A stretch of 64,000 nucleotides of DNA from a virus, in IMG/VR virus record IMGVR_UViG_3300003321_000095, positions 7,233 to 71,232 of that record; one strand, 5' to 3'. Positions 56,052 to 64,000 of the stretch are shown here, piece after piece. The translations under genes and the position numbers were made by a program. Numbering within the stretch: the stretch's first letter is position 1; the number at the start of each line of letters is the position of its first letter. Under the pieces are notes generated by a model that was given only the letters and a program-made list of their open reading frames with translations, ran no database searches and had not been told where the DNA came from.

Positions 56052-56494
56052 TCGAGAACAATTTCATCACCCAAGAATCCTTTTCTACCGAGATAATCGA
56101 ACATTGGCTCTTGTGAACGTTCGTCTAATACTTTCTCGATAGACGAGGCGCAAACAATATCGATGATTATTCCCATTCTTATATCCTTACCGTTAAGGTA
56201 TTCGTAACGTAAAACGATATGATTGAAAAGGGGATAGGGTCTGAAAGGGGGATCAGAACTACACCAAACATTACTGTTGTCTTTGGTGTACAGATCGTCG
56301 ATGTGCTTTAGGGGTGTTATCTCGTCAACGATTGCCACATATCGGCATTTATCTTCTTTGTCTAGGAACAAATGAAGTTTCCATTTATCAGATTTATATA
56401 GATCTGTTTTCTTGGGTTTCGGAAAAACGACACGATAAGCCATGTTACCTAACTCTATACAATCTTCCTGGGTGAGTTCTTGTAAATGTTTCAT
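56048..56494 (-). CDS. hypothetical protein
   Basis: MKHLQELTQEDC start preferred; FDYL..KGF C-terminus. Confidence 0.6.
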   Translation of the reverse strand: MKHLQELTQEDCIELGNMAYRVVFPKPKKTDLYKSDKWKLHLFLDKEDKCRYVAIVDEITPLKHIDDLYTKDNSNVWCSSDPPFRPYPLFNHIVLRYEYLNGKDIRMGIIIDIVCASSIEKVLDERSQEPMFDYLGRKGFLGDEIVLE

Positions 56495-56496
56495 AA

Positions 56497-56703
56497 TCAA
56501 TCTTCGATTGCCCATGCCGCCATACAAGCAAGATTATGGGATATAGTATCGAAATGTTCATCGGTCATTTTATGAATAGGTGACATTTCGTCTTTAGTGT
56601 ACATACGCATTATATTATACATGATCCGCTGTTTATGAGAAAACTTCTTGTAAATTCTCATCGGGCACTTGAAGGGATTATGTATTTTCTCGCGTGTTCT
56701 CAT
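56497..56703 (-). CDS. hypothetical protein
   Basis: 68-aa ORF; H..TISHN.A..AAW motif. Confidence 0.6.
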   Translation of the reverse strand: MRTREKIHNPFKCPMRIYKKFSHKQRIMYNIMRMYTKDEMSPIHKMTDEHFDTISHNLACMAAWAIED

Positions 56704-56981
56704 CCTCTTCCAATCACTTTAATTGACGTATTGTAAATTTGAAAATGCGAGGCTGGTAGAGGCATCTGATTTGCATCATCGTGATAGAAATACCAGGCTG
56801 ATCTGGATTCATTCCATTTCGCTACTCTTTGAACACGACCAGCAAACTCACAACGGTCGTTCTCGTAAATCTCTACACCATCATCGTCTTTTAGACCGAT
56901 GTATTGTTCGCGAGATTCACCTACTTCTTCATGAGCCACTATTCGATTATCGTGTATTACTCTAAATTTGATTGTTCTCAT
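56700..56981 (-). CDS. YopX-family protein
   Basis: MRTIKFR...QYIGLKDDDGVEIYEND...VIG signature. Confidence 0.85.
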   Translation of the reverse strand: MRTIKFRVIHDNRIVAHEEVGESREQYIGLKDDDGVEIYENDRCEFAGRVQRVAKWNESRSAWYFYHDDANQMPLPASHFQIYNTSIKVIGRG

Positions 56982-57154
56982 TTGTTAGTCTTCGTATTGA
57001 TAATCTTCCGATGTTGCGTCAAGACCGAGATCTTCGAAGAAGTCCACAAGTTCTTGAGGTGACGACGGAAGATCGAGAGTGTTTCCTTCGAAGATACACT
57101 CTCCGTCGCTTTCGATGAGAAGCATATCACAAGTAGAATCGTATTTGATTGTTA

Positions 57155-57391
57155 TCATACTGGATGATGTTGTAGTTCTCCTTTGATTATTTCAAGTTTG
57201 TCATCTTTGAGTAAGGCTTCGAGATGAGCAAGAAGACCTCCTCGCCCGTCCTCAGATATCTCACCATCCATCCAGAATTCATCGAATTTCTTCTCATTAA
57301 CTTCCCCCTCTAGACAGTTACTTGCTCCCCTGTAATAAGCGTGACTGCATAGACCATACAGATCGACAGTGTCTATTGCTATCTTACTCAT
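57155..57391 (-). CDS. hypothetical protein
   Basis: 78-aa ORF, operonic. Confidence 0.55.
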   Translation of the reverse strand: MSKIAIDTVDLYGLCSHAYYRGASNCLEGEVNEKKFDEFWMDGEISEDGRGGLLAHLEALLKDDKLEIIKGELQHHPV

Positions 57392-57834
57392 TCCAAATCT
57401 TTTAATGTTTTCTTGATAAGTGTCTTAGAAAGAGCACTGGCTTGTTTGTCAAGTTCGTTTACCTGTCGTCTCAATTCTTTGATCTTCGTAATAGGTTCTT
57501 TGTTCGCTTCGTTCGGAAAGACGTACTTATCATTGTCGTATTTACTAACAATGCTTTTTTCTTCTTCTTTGTTCTCAATCATGTAACGACCATCTTTCGT
57601 CTTACCGACGACTGTTACGGTTTTCTCAGGACCATCATTCCATCTCCAGTACTCTACCTGGAAAGGTTTGAAATTAGCGTTATCTTTCAGGTAGTCGTCA
57701 ATAGCCTTCTTGGCTGAAGCGAAAGATTTAGTCGTCTTGTCGAGATCTTCAATGTTCGAAACTGAGTAAAATTTCTCTCCTACAGTATCAAAGTAGATTG
57801 TCCAACCTCTGTATTCTTCGATTTCTATTTTCAT
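57388..57834 (-). CDS. hypothetical protein
   Basis: 148 aa; IEEYRGW.I.F...KKAIDDYLK.N..F pattern; first gene after an ECF-like promoter. Confidence 0.7.
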   Translation of the reverse strand: MKIEIEEYRGWTIYFDTVGEKFYSVSNIEDLDKTTKSFASAKKAIDDYLKDNANFKPFQVEYWRWNDGPEKTVTVVGKTKDGRYMIENKEEEKSIVSKYDNDKYVFPNEANKEPITKIKELRRQVNELDKQASALSKTLIKKTLKDLE

Positions 57835-57880
57835 GATTTCAAAAATTTAACGAAGTGCTTCGTTTGTTTCCATATCTAAC

Positions 57881-57910
57881 TTATACGCAAAACCTTAGAT
57901 AAAAGTTACA
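57881..57910 (-). promoter_or_regulatory. putative ECF-sigma promoter (TGTAAC-N17-CGTATAA)
   Basis: TGTAACTTTTATCTAAGGTTTTGCGTATAA; near-identical to 62008-62037; intergenic. Confidence 0.7.
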
Positions 57911-58070
57911 GATTATCTATTATTTCGAGCAAATTGTTGCTCTACTGGATTCCGCGACCACCCCTAAGTCACCAATCTGCCCGTAGAGACTACACCGTTA
58001 CAGTCATCCCATAGTATTTCTTTTTGGGCTGACGCATGATGGCGCTGCGCTGTTAGACGGGGGGCAGGCA

Positions 58071-58841
58071 TCACAAGACTCTCATAGGCAGCGTAAACAC
58101 CGTAAAGGGTTGTTTAAGGGTTGCTAACGGGGGGATAGGAGCCGCGCTGTTCTTCTTGCTCAATATGGTTCTCCGTTTAATCCGTCTCAAAGACACACGT
58201 GAGCAGGGCGTTTTTGCCCCCACTTCATCCCTCCTATTCACCCCCGTAGTGGTACGTCCCCCACTATAGACGGTGAAGTACTTCTTCCTGAGTTTGTGAC
58301 CGCTACCCAGGGAAGCGGGGCTATACCCCAATATCTCCGCAGCATGAGAGCAAGACAAGAGAGGTTTCTCGGTTTCCCGAATGAGCTTAGCTGGTAAGTT
58401 CTTCTTGACAGTTAGCCTTCTTGTAATCTGCTTCTTTTTACGTTCTATTAAGTGATACTGGATCGCTTCCAGCGCCTCTTTGAAGAAGAGCTTAGGATCT
58501 GTAGCCTCTATTAAAAGTCTCTTATAAACGAATCTATTGCGTTTTCTGGCCTCGTTCTTTCTCTTCGTCACACACTTCCCCACCTTCAGGATCGACCAGA
58601 CCTCGCGATAACTCTTAAGTTCCCAATAATCCCCCTTATCCTCGATCCATCCAGCACCCTTGAGAATCTTCGTCCAGTACGCTGCCCTATTCTTGTGTGG
58701 TTTTAATAGAGATTTTTTAACATGACCATACGGCCCCATTGACTTAAGCCAAATAAAAGCAACCAATGCCTTCTGTTTCCTGATGGGAAGAGAAAGATTA
58801 GTGGGAATTAAATGACTTGGGGGGTTGGGTTTCTTAGTCAA
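58071..58841 (-). CDS. very basic DNA-binding protein (HTH; replication-initiator- or regulator-like)
   Basis: 256 aa, K/R-rich; LSCSHAAEILGYSPAS HTH-like segment; TTG start. Confidence 0.55.
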   Translation of the reverse strand: MTKKPNPPSHLIPTNLSLPIRKQKALVAFIWLKSMGPYGHVKKSLLKPHKNRAAYWTKILKGAGWIEDKGDYWELKSYREVWSILKVGKCVTKRKNEARKRNRFVYKRLLIEATDPKLFFKEALEAIQYHLIERKKKQITRRLTVKKNLPAKLIRETEKPLLSCSHAAEILGYSPASLGSGHKLRKKYFTVYSGGRTTTGVNRRDEVGAKTPCSRVSLRRIKRRTILSKKNSAAPIPPLATLKQPFTVFTLPMRVL

Positions 58842-59271
58842 GGGGACGTTCTAAAGGGGTCTTTTTGCGGTTGGGATAGAAAGTTATTGCGGAAATCGAG
58901 GGGGTTGGTAGAGAGTGATCGAATGTGTTGACTGGTTTTCTATCTGTGAATTTCTGTTTCTCGCGATGTCTCTTGATGAAGTTCCCCGTCCCTGCTTCCC
59001 TGTGTTCTGCCTTGTGACATACCTTACAAAGGAGTTCTACATCTTGTGCGGTCTCTTTGTAGAGATTTTTGTAGTTTTTGTGGTGTACCTGAAGTTGTTT
59101 AGACGACCCGCATCTTTCACATTTGTGACCTCTTAACGTTAAGATAGACTCTCTGAACTTCTTCCAGTTGGGATCGCTGTTAATATAGTCTAAATACTTA
59201 TGATACCAATCGGGTAGATTTTTGGCTTTATTGCGCCGATGTCGATTCCGACGACGATTACGTTTTGACAT
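58834..59271 (-). CDS. HNH endonuclease
   Basis: Y.DY..S..W...R, CERCG, LQVHH.NY and L.LLC..CH..EH motifs. Confidence 0.9.
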   Translation of the reverse strand: MSKRNRRRNRHRRNKAKNLPDWYHKYLDYINSDPNWKKFRESILTLRGHKCERCGSSKQLQVHHKNYKNLYKETAQDVELLCKVCHKAEHREAGTGNFIKRHREKQKFTDRKPVNTFDHSLPTPSISAITFYPNRKKTPLERPLD

Positions 59272-59391
59272 GAAAAGAAAACCCCCGAAAGAACTATGGT
59301 GTAATACTCAGTGCTCAGAGCATCAACAAGCCGGTCTAACGGGGGTAGTATTTTGAGCAAGTTGATCTTATACTCTGAGCAACTTAATTAC

Positions 59392-59409
59392 AGCAAAAAC
59401 CATGCCAAA
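59392..59409 (-). promoter_or_regulatory. sigma54-type promoter (TTTGGCATGGTTTTTGCT)
   Basis: -24 TGGCA and -12 TTGC at exact spacing; intergenic, immediately after the upstream stop as for 39368. Confidence 0.7.
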
Positions 59410-59410
59410 T

Positions 59411-60598
59411 TTAAAAAGGTAAAGTTAATTCTTCCTCCTCTTCTAACGGAAGTCGATTCGGTCTTGTTGCGTTTTTAAGATAATTCTTTCCAAGCACCTT
59501 TAAAACCTCGTCTGTAAAGACAGAAACAATATAGTCATGCGCCTTTTGAGAGACCGCTCGATTACCCCTTGTATACATCTGATCAATCCTGGCGAAGTAC
59601 TCTGGCTCCCTCCCCTCATCTATCGCCTTTTTAATGTCATCTATCACCTTTTTAATGTCATCTATCGCCTTTTTAATGTCTCGCCTGAACTCTAGCCCAA
59701 TAGTAATCGGCTCTCCTTCGTAATCTAGGTGATAAGCCATATATCGCTTATCTTCGATTCTCGACCAATAGTTCGTGTACACACAGTGTTTCATGAGAGC
59801 ACCCTCTTCGAAGCATCTACGTTTAGATGCAATCAGTTCGAAACTTTCAGGAAGCGACGGTAAGTGTTCATATTCGATCTTAACATCATCAACAAAAGAC
59901 AACTCAAGAGCCATGATCTCGCGAGTCATCTTGTTGTGCTCTTCTTCAAATCGTTTGTCTGACCAGTTCCAGTCAAGTTTACGACCCAGTGTGTTAGCTT
60001 GTTGGCAAATGTCGAACCAATTAGGCTTGCTCGTTGTGTCTTCGTCAGCCAGGTAACTGTTCAGATCTTTCAACACTTTAGAAGCAGCGTATAGCTCTTT
60101 TTTGTGAACACGACCATTTGTGATTGCTTTTCGAAGTAATTCAGGAGAAGTCGTTTTTGGAAACTTCAGCGACGAGATGATATATTTACAGGCGTCGGTA
60201 GGATTGGTAATCTTACCAGCAAAGATCCTCCTAGCAAGCTCTTTAGTCAGCCACGGTGTTAACTGTTCATTCACCACCCATTCTTTATTCAAATCATTAA
60301 AAACTTGTTTTAATGTGATTTGTGTATTCCTTGAATGTAAGTTATTCCATCCCCACAATTTTTTCGTGTCCTTCCTATATGTAAAACCACTACGTTGATT
60401 GAATCGACGGAACAACTTATTATTAAACATGACATTGTACACGTTGTCGAAGTAGGCTATTTTTGTGTCGTCTTCGTATAGGCCTGACTCGGCGATTGTC
60501 TTCGGTACCTTTTTCGAGAAGTACCTAAAACGCTGCTGCTCAGGAGATCGGGCAATCTCTTCTCGCCACCACTTATCTTCTTTGTAATATTTGATCAC
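59411..60598 (-). CDS. PcfJ-like domain protein
   Basis: EEH..., FELI.S.....EEG..M.HCV..Y and Q.....N PcfJ-like motifs; acidic ...LPF tail. Confidence 0.7.
   Translation of the reverse strand: MIKYYKEDKWWREEIARSPEQQRFRYFSKKVPKTIAESGLYEDDTKIAYFDNVYNVMFNNKLFRRFNQRSGFTYRKDTKKLWGWNNLHSRNTQITLKQVFNDLNKEWVVNEQLTPWLTKELARRIFAGKITNPTDACKYIISSLKFPKTTSPELLRKAITNGRVHKKELYAASKVLKDLNSYLADEDTTSKPNWFDICQQANTLGRKLDWNWSDKRFEEEHNKMTREIMALELSFVDDVKIEYEHLPSLPESFELIASKRRCFEEGALMKHCVYTNYWSRIEDKRYMAYHLDYEGEPITIGLEFRRDIKKAIDDIKKVIDDIKKAIDEGREPEYFARIDQMYTRGNRAVSQKAHDYIVSVFTDEVLKVLGKNYLKNATRPNRLPLEEEEELTLPF
59616..59680. repeat. 21-bp tandem repeat x3, in frame (DIKKAID/DIKKVID heptads)
   Basis: TCATCTATC(G/A)CCTTTTTAATG x3, directly visible. 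Confidence 0.95.
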
Positions 60599-61989
60599 AG
60601 TACAATCAGTTTACGTTTTGTTGATTTACGCTTGATCAATACTGGTTGCTGATGATATTTATTCTTTTCGATCATATCAAACAGACTGTTACCGATATTT
60701 CGATAATCCGCGAGCACTGTTTCATACCAATTAGGTATGTGCCAAATTGTATCACCTTTTAATTCAGGTGGCGATGCTTTCAGACCGTTATAATCGTTCT
60801 CTTCAATAGGAGCCTCCACCTTGTAAATTTCATCGATTGTCGCTGCGCCATCCCCTGATATTATTTTACCGTCTTTAAAAGCAGCATCGAAGAATACCAT
60901 CTCTTTAGGACCGTCATTACCGATCTTCGAGATCCTGACAGGATATTCGAACGACTTGTTTTTTACCCAGTCACCAACAGCGAAGTTGTGAGAACTGACG
61001 CTAGTCGGTTCTTTACTTGTCTTCTTCACATCATTCAAATTATATGGTTTGCCGTCGATAGGAATCTCGAATGATTCCGCGCGGCGGACGCGATGGATGT
61101 CGACATTCGAATCGGATTTGAAATAAAGTGCGCCTTTCACACTACTATTAGCACCCCAAGGTGATTCTACTAATTGAAACACATCCCCTTCTTTTTTGTA
61201 GAGACCTTCTTCAGTCTTTATACAGACCACCCAGTCACCAGGATTGTGACCGTTAGCATAGTAGGAGGTTGCTTTAGTCTCTTTGATTGTTCCTTTCAGA
61301 AACTTATCGATTTCTTCTTGTGTAGCTTTGCGACATTCTGATTTCAGCAAACACTTTAAATCATCTTCGCCGTAAACGAAAATATCTTCGTTGTCACCAA
61401 CGTTACATTTGAATATATCCCCCACAGAGAATTTATAATATCGTGCGTGTATTCCTTGATTCGATACCACAACTGCGTAATCGCCTTTCTTCCAATCACA
61501 ACTTGTTGTTGGTGCTTGTTTGACTGATCCTTTATCGAAATGATTGATTATTTCTTCGGCGGTTGCTTTGCGGACGTAGTTTGAGTAGATAGTATCATCC
61601 ATGCCTTTATTACTCACTCTGAAATTCGAACCAACAACTTCTTTGATTTCGTGAATAGAATTGAGAGGACCGCAAACACTACCGTTTTTGATCACTTTGA
61701 TATACTCACCTTTATGAAATTGATTATCGTCGACCATTGCGGCGAGAGCGAGAACGAGTTGTTGATTGGATGCTGGAACATTTCGAACACCATAGTCTCT
61801 AAAATGATTACCCATCTCACCGGCATTCGAACCATCCGTTGAATAATTTGTGAGCAGATATTTATGAAAAGCACCATCGTCCCGATCATGAGCACCCCAT
61901 TTATACCCCAATTCTTCTAATTTAGGAATTAGCGCTTCACGCTCGGCAACGGTGCCTGTAATAGCGAGAGGATATTTAAATTTCTTCAT
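60595..61989 (-). CDS. mosaic multi-domain protein (RKATxEEI modules); paralog of 10619-11860
   Basis: Four F/W-x-x-G-D/E-x-V modules ending RKATAEEI, RKATQEEI or RRAESFEI; C-terminus YHQQPVLIKRKSTKRKLIVL. Confidence 0.75.
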   Translation of the reverse strand: MKKFKYPLAITGTVAEREALIPKLEELGYKWGAHDRDDGAFHKYLLTNYSTDGSNAGEMGNHFRDYGVRNVPASNQQLVLALAAMVDDNQFHKGEYIKVIKNGSVCGPLNSIHEIKEVVGSNFRVSNKGMDDTIYSNYVRKATAEEIINHFDKGSVKQAPTTSCDWKKGDYAVVVSNQGIHARYYKFSVGDIFKCNVGDNEDIFVYGEDDLKCLLKSECRKATQEEIDKFLKGTIKETKATSYYANGHNPGDWVVCIKTEEGLYKKEGDVFQLVESPWGANSSVKGALYFKSDSNVDIHRVRRAESFEIPIDGKPYNLNDVKKTSKEPTSVSSHNFAVGDWVKNKSFEYPVRISKIGNDGPKEMVFFDAAFKDGKIISGDGAATIDEIYKVEAPIEENDYNGLKASPPELKGDTIWHIPNWYETVLADYRNIGNSLFDMIEKNKYHQQPVLIKRKSTKRKLIVL

Positions 61990-62007
61990 TCTGTCGTTTT
62001 TAGATGA

Positions 62008-62037
62008 TTATACGAGAAATCATAGATAAATGTTACA
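62008..62037 (-). promoter_or_regulatory. putative ECF-sigma promoter (TGTAAC-N17-CGTATAA)
   Basis: TGTAACATTTATCTATGATTTCTCGTATAA; intergenic; 18 nt upstream of ATG 61989. Confidence 0.7.
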
Positions 62038-62044
62038 GTTAGTT

Positions 62045-62413
62045 TCAAGCATTTATTGCTTTTTGATAGCGTTCTGGATCGTATTTCTCTAAGACCTCCA
62101 TACACCGCTCGTAACACAAGAGTTCGCGAAAGGCTTGAGATGTGACGTTTTCACAAAAACCATTACAGCAATAACACATTGGTAGAAACAGTCTTGGATT
62201 CCAAATCAACTCGGTTAGATGTAGTTGTTTCAGGCGAGCTTTCGGAATCAGATGACCGGAGCCTTGCGCTACTTTCTCACCGCAACCTCGGCAAATCTGC
62301 GTACCTTCACCTTCGTAGGCTTTTCTATAGGCTTTAGATAAATTTGACTTGATAGTGGCTTCGGAGACACGAGAGCCGTTTGAGCAGAAATACTTGATCA
62401 TATATGTTTCCAA
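62045..62413 (-). CDS. HNH/NinG-like zinc-binding nuclease
   Basis: CRGCG...SGHLIP...WNP....MCYCCN. Confidence 0.6.
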   Translation of the reverse strand: METYMIKYFCSNGSRVSEATIKSNLSKAYRKAYEGEGTQICRGCGEKVAQGSGHLIPKARLKQLHLTELIWNPRLFLPMCYCCNGFCENVTSQAFRELLCYERCMEVLEKYDPERYQKAINA

Positions 62414-64000
62414 TCAATCTTCAAGAGGATTGTAACCATTATCGTAGTAACGACCTGTTTTTCTATCATAAGTTAGACGCGCTTCGCCAGGTAAGCCTGA
62501 CAACATTTGTCTCTTGATTTTCTTAGAGTGAAATTCAACGGTCGGATCAGATTTATCTACCCCCCAAAACGGCCTGTGCACGACGGTTATGTTCGTTGCT
62601 CTGGCGTTCCATACGCTTCCGCCATTTAGATCGTATACATCAGGACACTTATAGTTCCCCTCTCCGTCCTTCTCTGTTTTGTTCGGATGGCAAACCACTG
62701 TAAAGTGAATATCGTGCTGCTGTGCGAATCTCTCAAAGGATGAGAGCACCTCGGCCAGATAGATATCATCTCGTTTCGACATAATGTGAAGGAGTTGATT
62801 CCACGGATCTAGACGCACCGACTTAACCCCATGCTTGATAATAGCCTCCATGAATCTTTCGATAATGTATTCAGGAGTCGGTAGTGTCTTAGGATAGACG
62901 AAATAGAAGTGTTCCTGCACAAACTCCATCCCCCTCTTATATTCTTCTTTTGTCATTCTGTGAGGAGACCCCTTCTCAAGTGGCTTTCCAACATACGTCC
63001 TTATGAGTTCTCGATACCAGAAAGTCGGCGGGAAACTTTCTGGCGTAAAATAGCAGTGCTTCCTACCCTCTTTCACGGCTGTGAACATATCAAGCTGTTT
63101 TATGAATTCCGATTTACCGTGATTAGCTATACCCGTCAGAACCGTCAGGTCCCCAGGAAGAGGTCGGAAGATAGGATCGAGCGATGGTAGGTAGACTGTC
63201 CCCGCAACCTGAGTACCTTCATCGAAGTCACGTAGGAGATCATCCTCAACATCCTTCAGATACACCATATCTTTAGTTGTGGCCGCTCCCCCGTCTAATA
63301 TCTCATTTACCGTTGTCTCGCTAATCGCTTCGTCAAAAGAAGCTTTCCCGTGATCACCGATATTACGATATGCAGACTCTACCGTTGTTCTCATTTCACG
63401 GGTGGAAAAGTCGTTCGAACAGTACTCGCTCTGAAACGCTCTTATCACAAAGTCTTTAGAGAGACCGAAGCGATTGCAACTTGAAGCGAGCTTGTGAATG
63501 AAGTTATTGCGTGAGCCAGTGGCGAATCTTTCTCCTTTATTTTCTAACCACTTCTTCAACTTCTCGTATTTCTGCTCGTCGGTATAGGCTTGTTCAACAA
63601 CTTTATTGTACACCTCAGCCACAGCGTTCACATAAAGATCTTCGTCGTAAGACATAAAACAAGCACGGCAGATGTCTTTACCACTCTCATCGATACCAGT
63701 TATTTCTCTACTGAGTGCCTTAAAATGCCCCACATAATTGTCGCTTGAAACTTTAACGAGAGCTTTGAGACCCGTTCCCGTAGGAGAGACCCAACAAGCA
63801 TAGATAAACGGCAGCACAATCAACTCCTTCTTCTTAGCAACCAGATTAGTCACTTTGTCGAAGTCGAGTATTACCAGGCGAGAATTCTTGATCAGCGCGT
63901 CTGCTTTGCGTTCTTTAAACTCTCCACCAAAACAAATCACAGGCAACGTCTTCTTGAGATTATCTATCTCAGTTGTATCAGTCGATGCTCGTATCTTTCG
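62414..64000 (-). CDS. primase-helicase fusion (BT4734/VirE-N primase + PriCT + SF4 DnaB/Twinkle-like helicase), 5' truncated
   Basis: LDFD, SPTGTGLK and D.SGKDICRACF.SYD (VirE-N); GSRNN (PriCT); TGIANHGKS, LDPWN, VCHP.K and DL.GG..W (SF4); frame stays open to the window edge. Confidence 0.88.
   Translation of the reverse strand, partial: RKIRASTDTTEIDNLKKTLPVICFGGEFKERKADALIKNSRLVILDFDKVTNLVAKKKELIVLPFIYACWVSPTGTGLKALVKVSSDNYVGHFKALSREITGIDESGKDICRACFMSYDEDLYVNAVAEVYNKVVEQAYTDEQKYEKLKKWLENKGERFATGSRNNFIHKLASSCNRFGLSKDFVIRAFQSEYCSNDFSTREMRTTVESAYRNIGDHGKASFDEAISETTVNEILDGGAATTKDMVYLKDVEDDLLRDFDEGTQVAGTVYLPSLDPIFRPLPGDLTVLTGIANHGKSEFIKQLDMFTAVKEGRKHCYFTPESFPPTFWYRELIRTYVGKPLEKGSPHRMTKEEYKRGMEFVQEHFYFVYPKTLPTPEYIIERFMEAIIKHGVKSVRLDPWNQLLHIMSKRDDIYLAEVLSSFERFAQQHDIHFTVVCHPNKTEKDGEGNYKCPDVYDLNGGSVWNARATNITVVHRPFWGVDKSDPTVEFHSKKIKRQMLSGLPGEARLTYDRKTGRYYDNGYNPLED

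Noticed and set aside
14674-63190. Numerous 60-150 aa + strand ORFs within the minus-strand arm (and - strand ORFs in the + arm)
   Set aside because: Antisense shadows of well-supported genes with no motifs or independent signals.
1-64000. Stop-codon reassignment (code 15 or 4) as in some crAss-like phages
   Set aside because: Structural and replication genes are long and intact in code 11, TAG and TGA serve as real stops (e.g. portal TAG, PolB TGA), and no suppressor tRNA was seen.
1-64000. Prophage or integration functions
   Set aside because: No integrase, repressor-antirepressor switch, att-like site or host genes seen.

Overview
64 kb of a lytic, crAss-like (Crassvirales-related) podovirus genome, almost certainly infecting a Bacteroidota host (TAnnTTTG promoter, AT-rich SD-less translation starts, BT4734/VirE-N primase, LSSC...CPSY lipoprotein). 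Standard genetic code; no integrase, reverse transcriptase or CRISPR array seen. The + strand arm (1-14.0 kb) carries small early genes, SSB-like proteins, an ECF-type sigma factor and a family B DNA polymerase. The - strand arm (64-13.9 kb) carries a primase-helicase (cut by the window edge), nucleases, a metallophosphoesterase, a GT11+GT7-like+methyltransferase fusion, a Tad1-like anti-defence sponge, a GIY-YIG endonuclease and the morphogenesis block (terminase, portal, scaffold, MCP, CHAP lysin, tail fibre with SGNH esterase, ring proteins, muzzle, ejected cargo proteins, holin-like genes). The most striking signal is regulatory. The packaging and capsid operons are each preceded by an identical, perfect sigma54 (-24/-12) promoter (TTTGGCACGATTATTGCT), with two further consensus copies. 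A second recurring motif (TGTAAC-N17-CGTwwAA) fits the phage-encoded ECF sigma. No virion RNA polymerase is recognisable in the window. Together these suggest a host sigma70 -> phage ECF sigma -> sigma54 transcription cascade. Other candidates: several structured ncRNAs (two sharing a GACA-stem-GGARAGAC module, one of about 450 nt), two tRNAs with non-canonical elbows, pseudoknotted leaders and a solitary CRISPR-repeat-like 47-mer. All assignments come from motif recognition by eye; no database searches were run.
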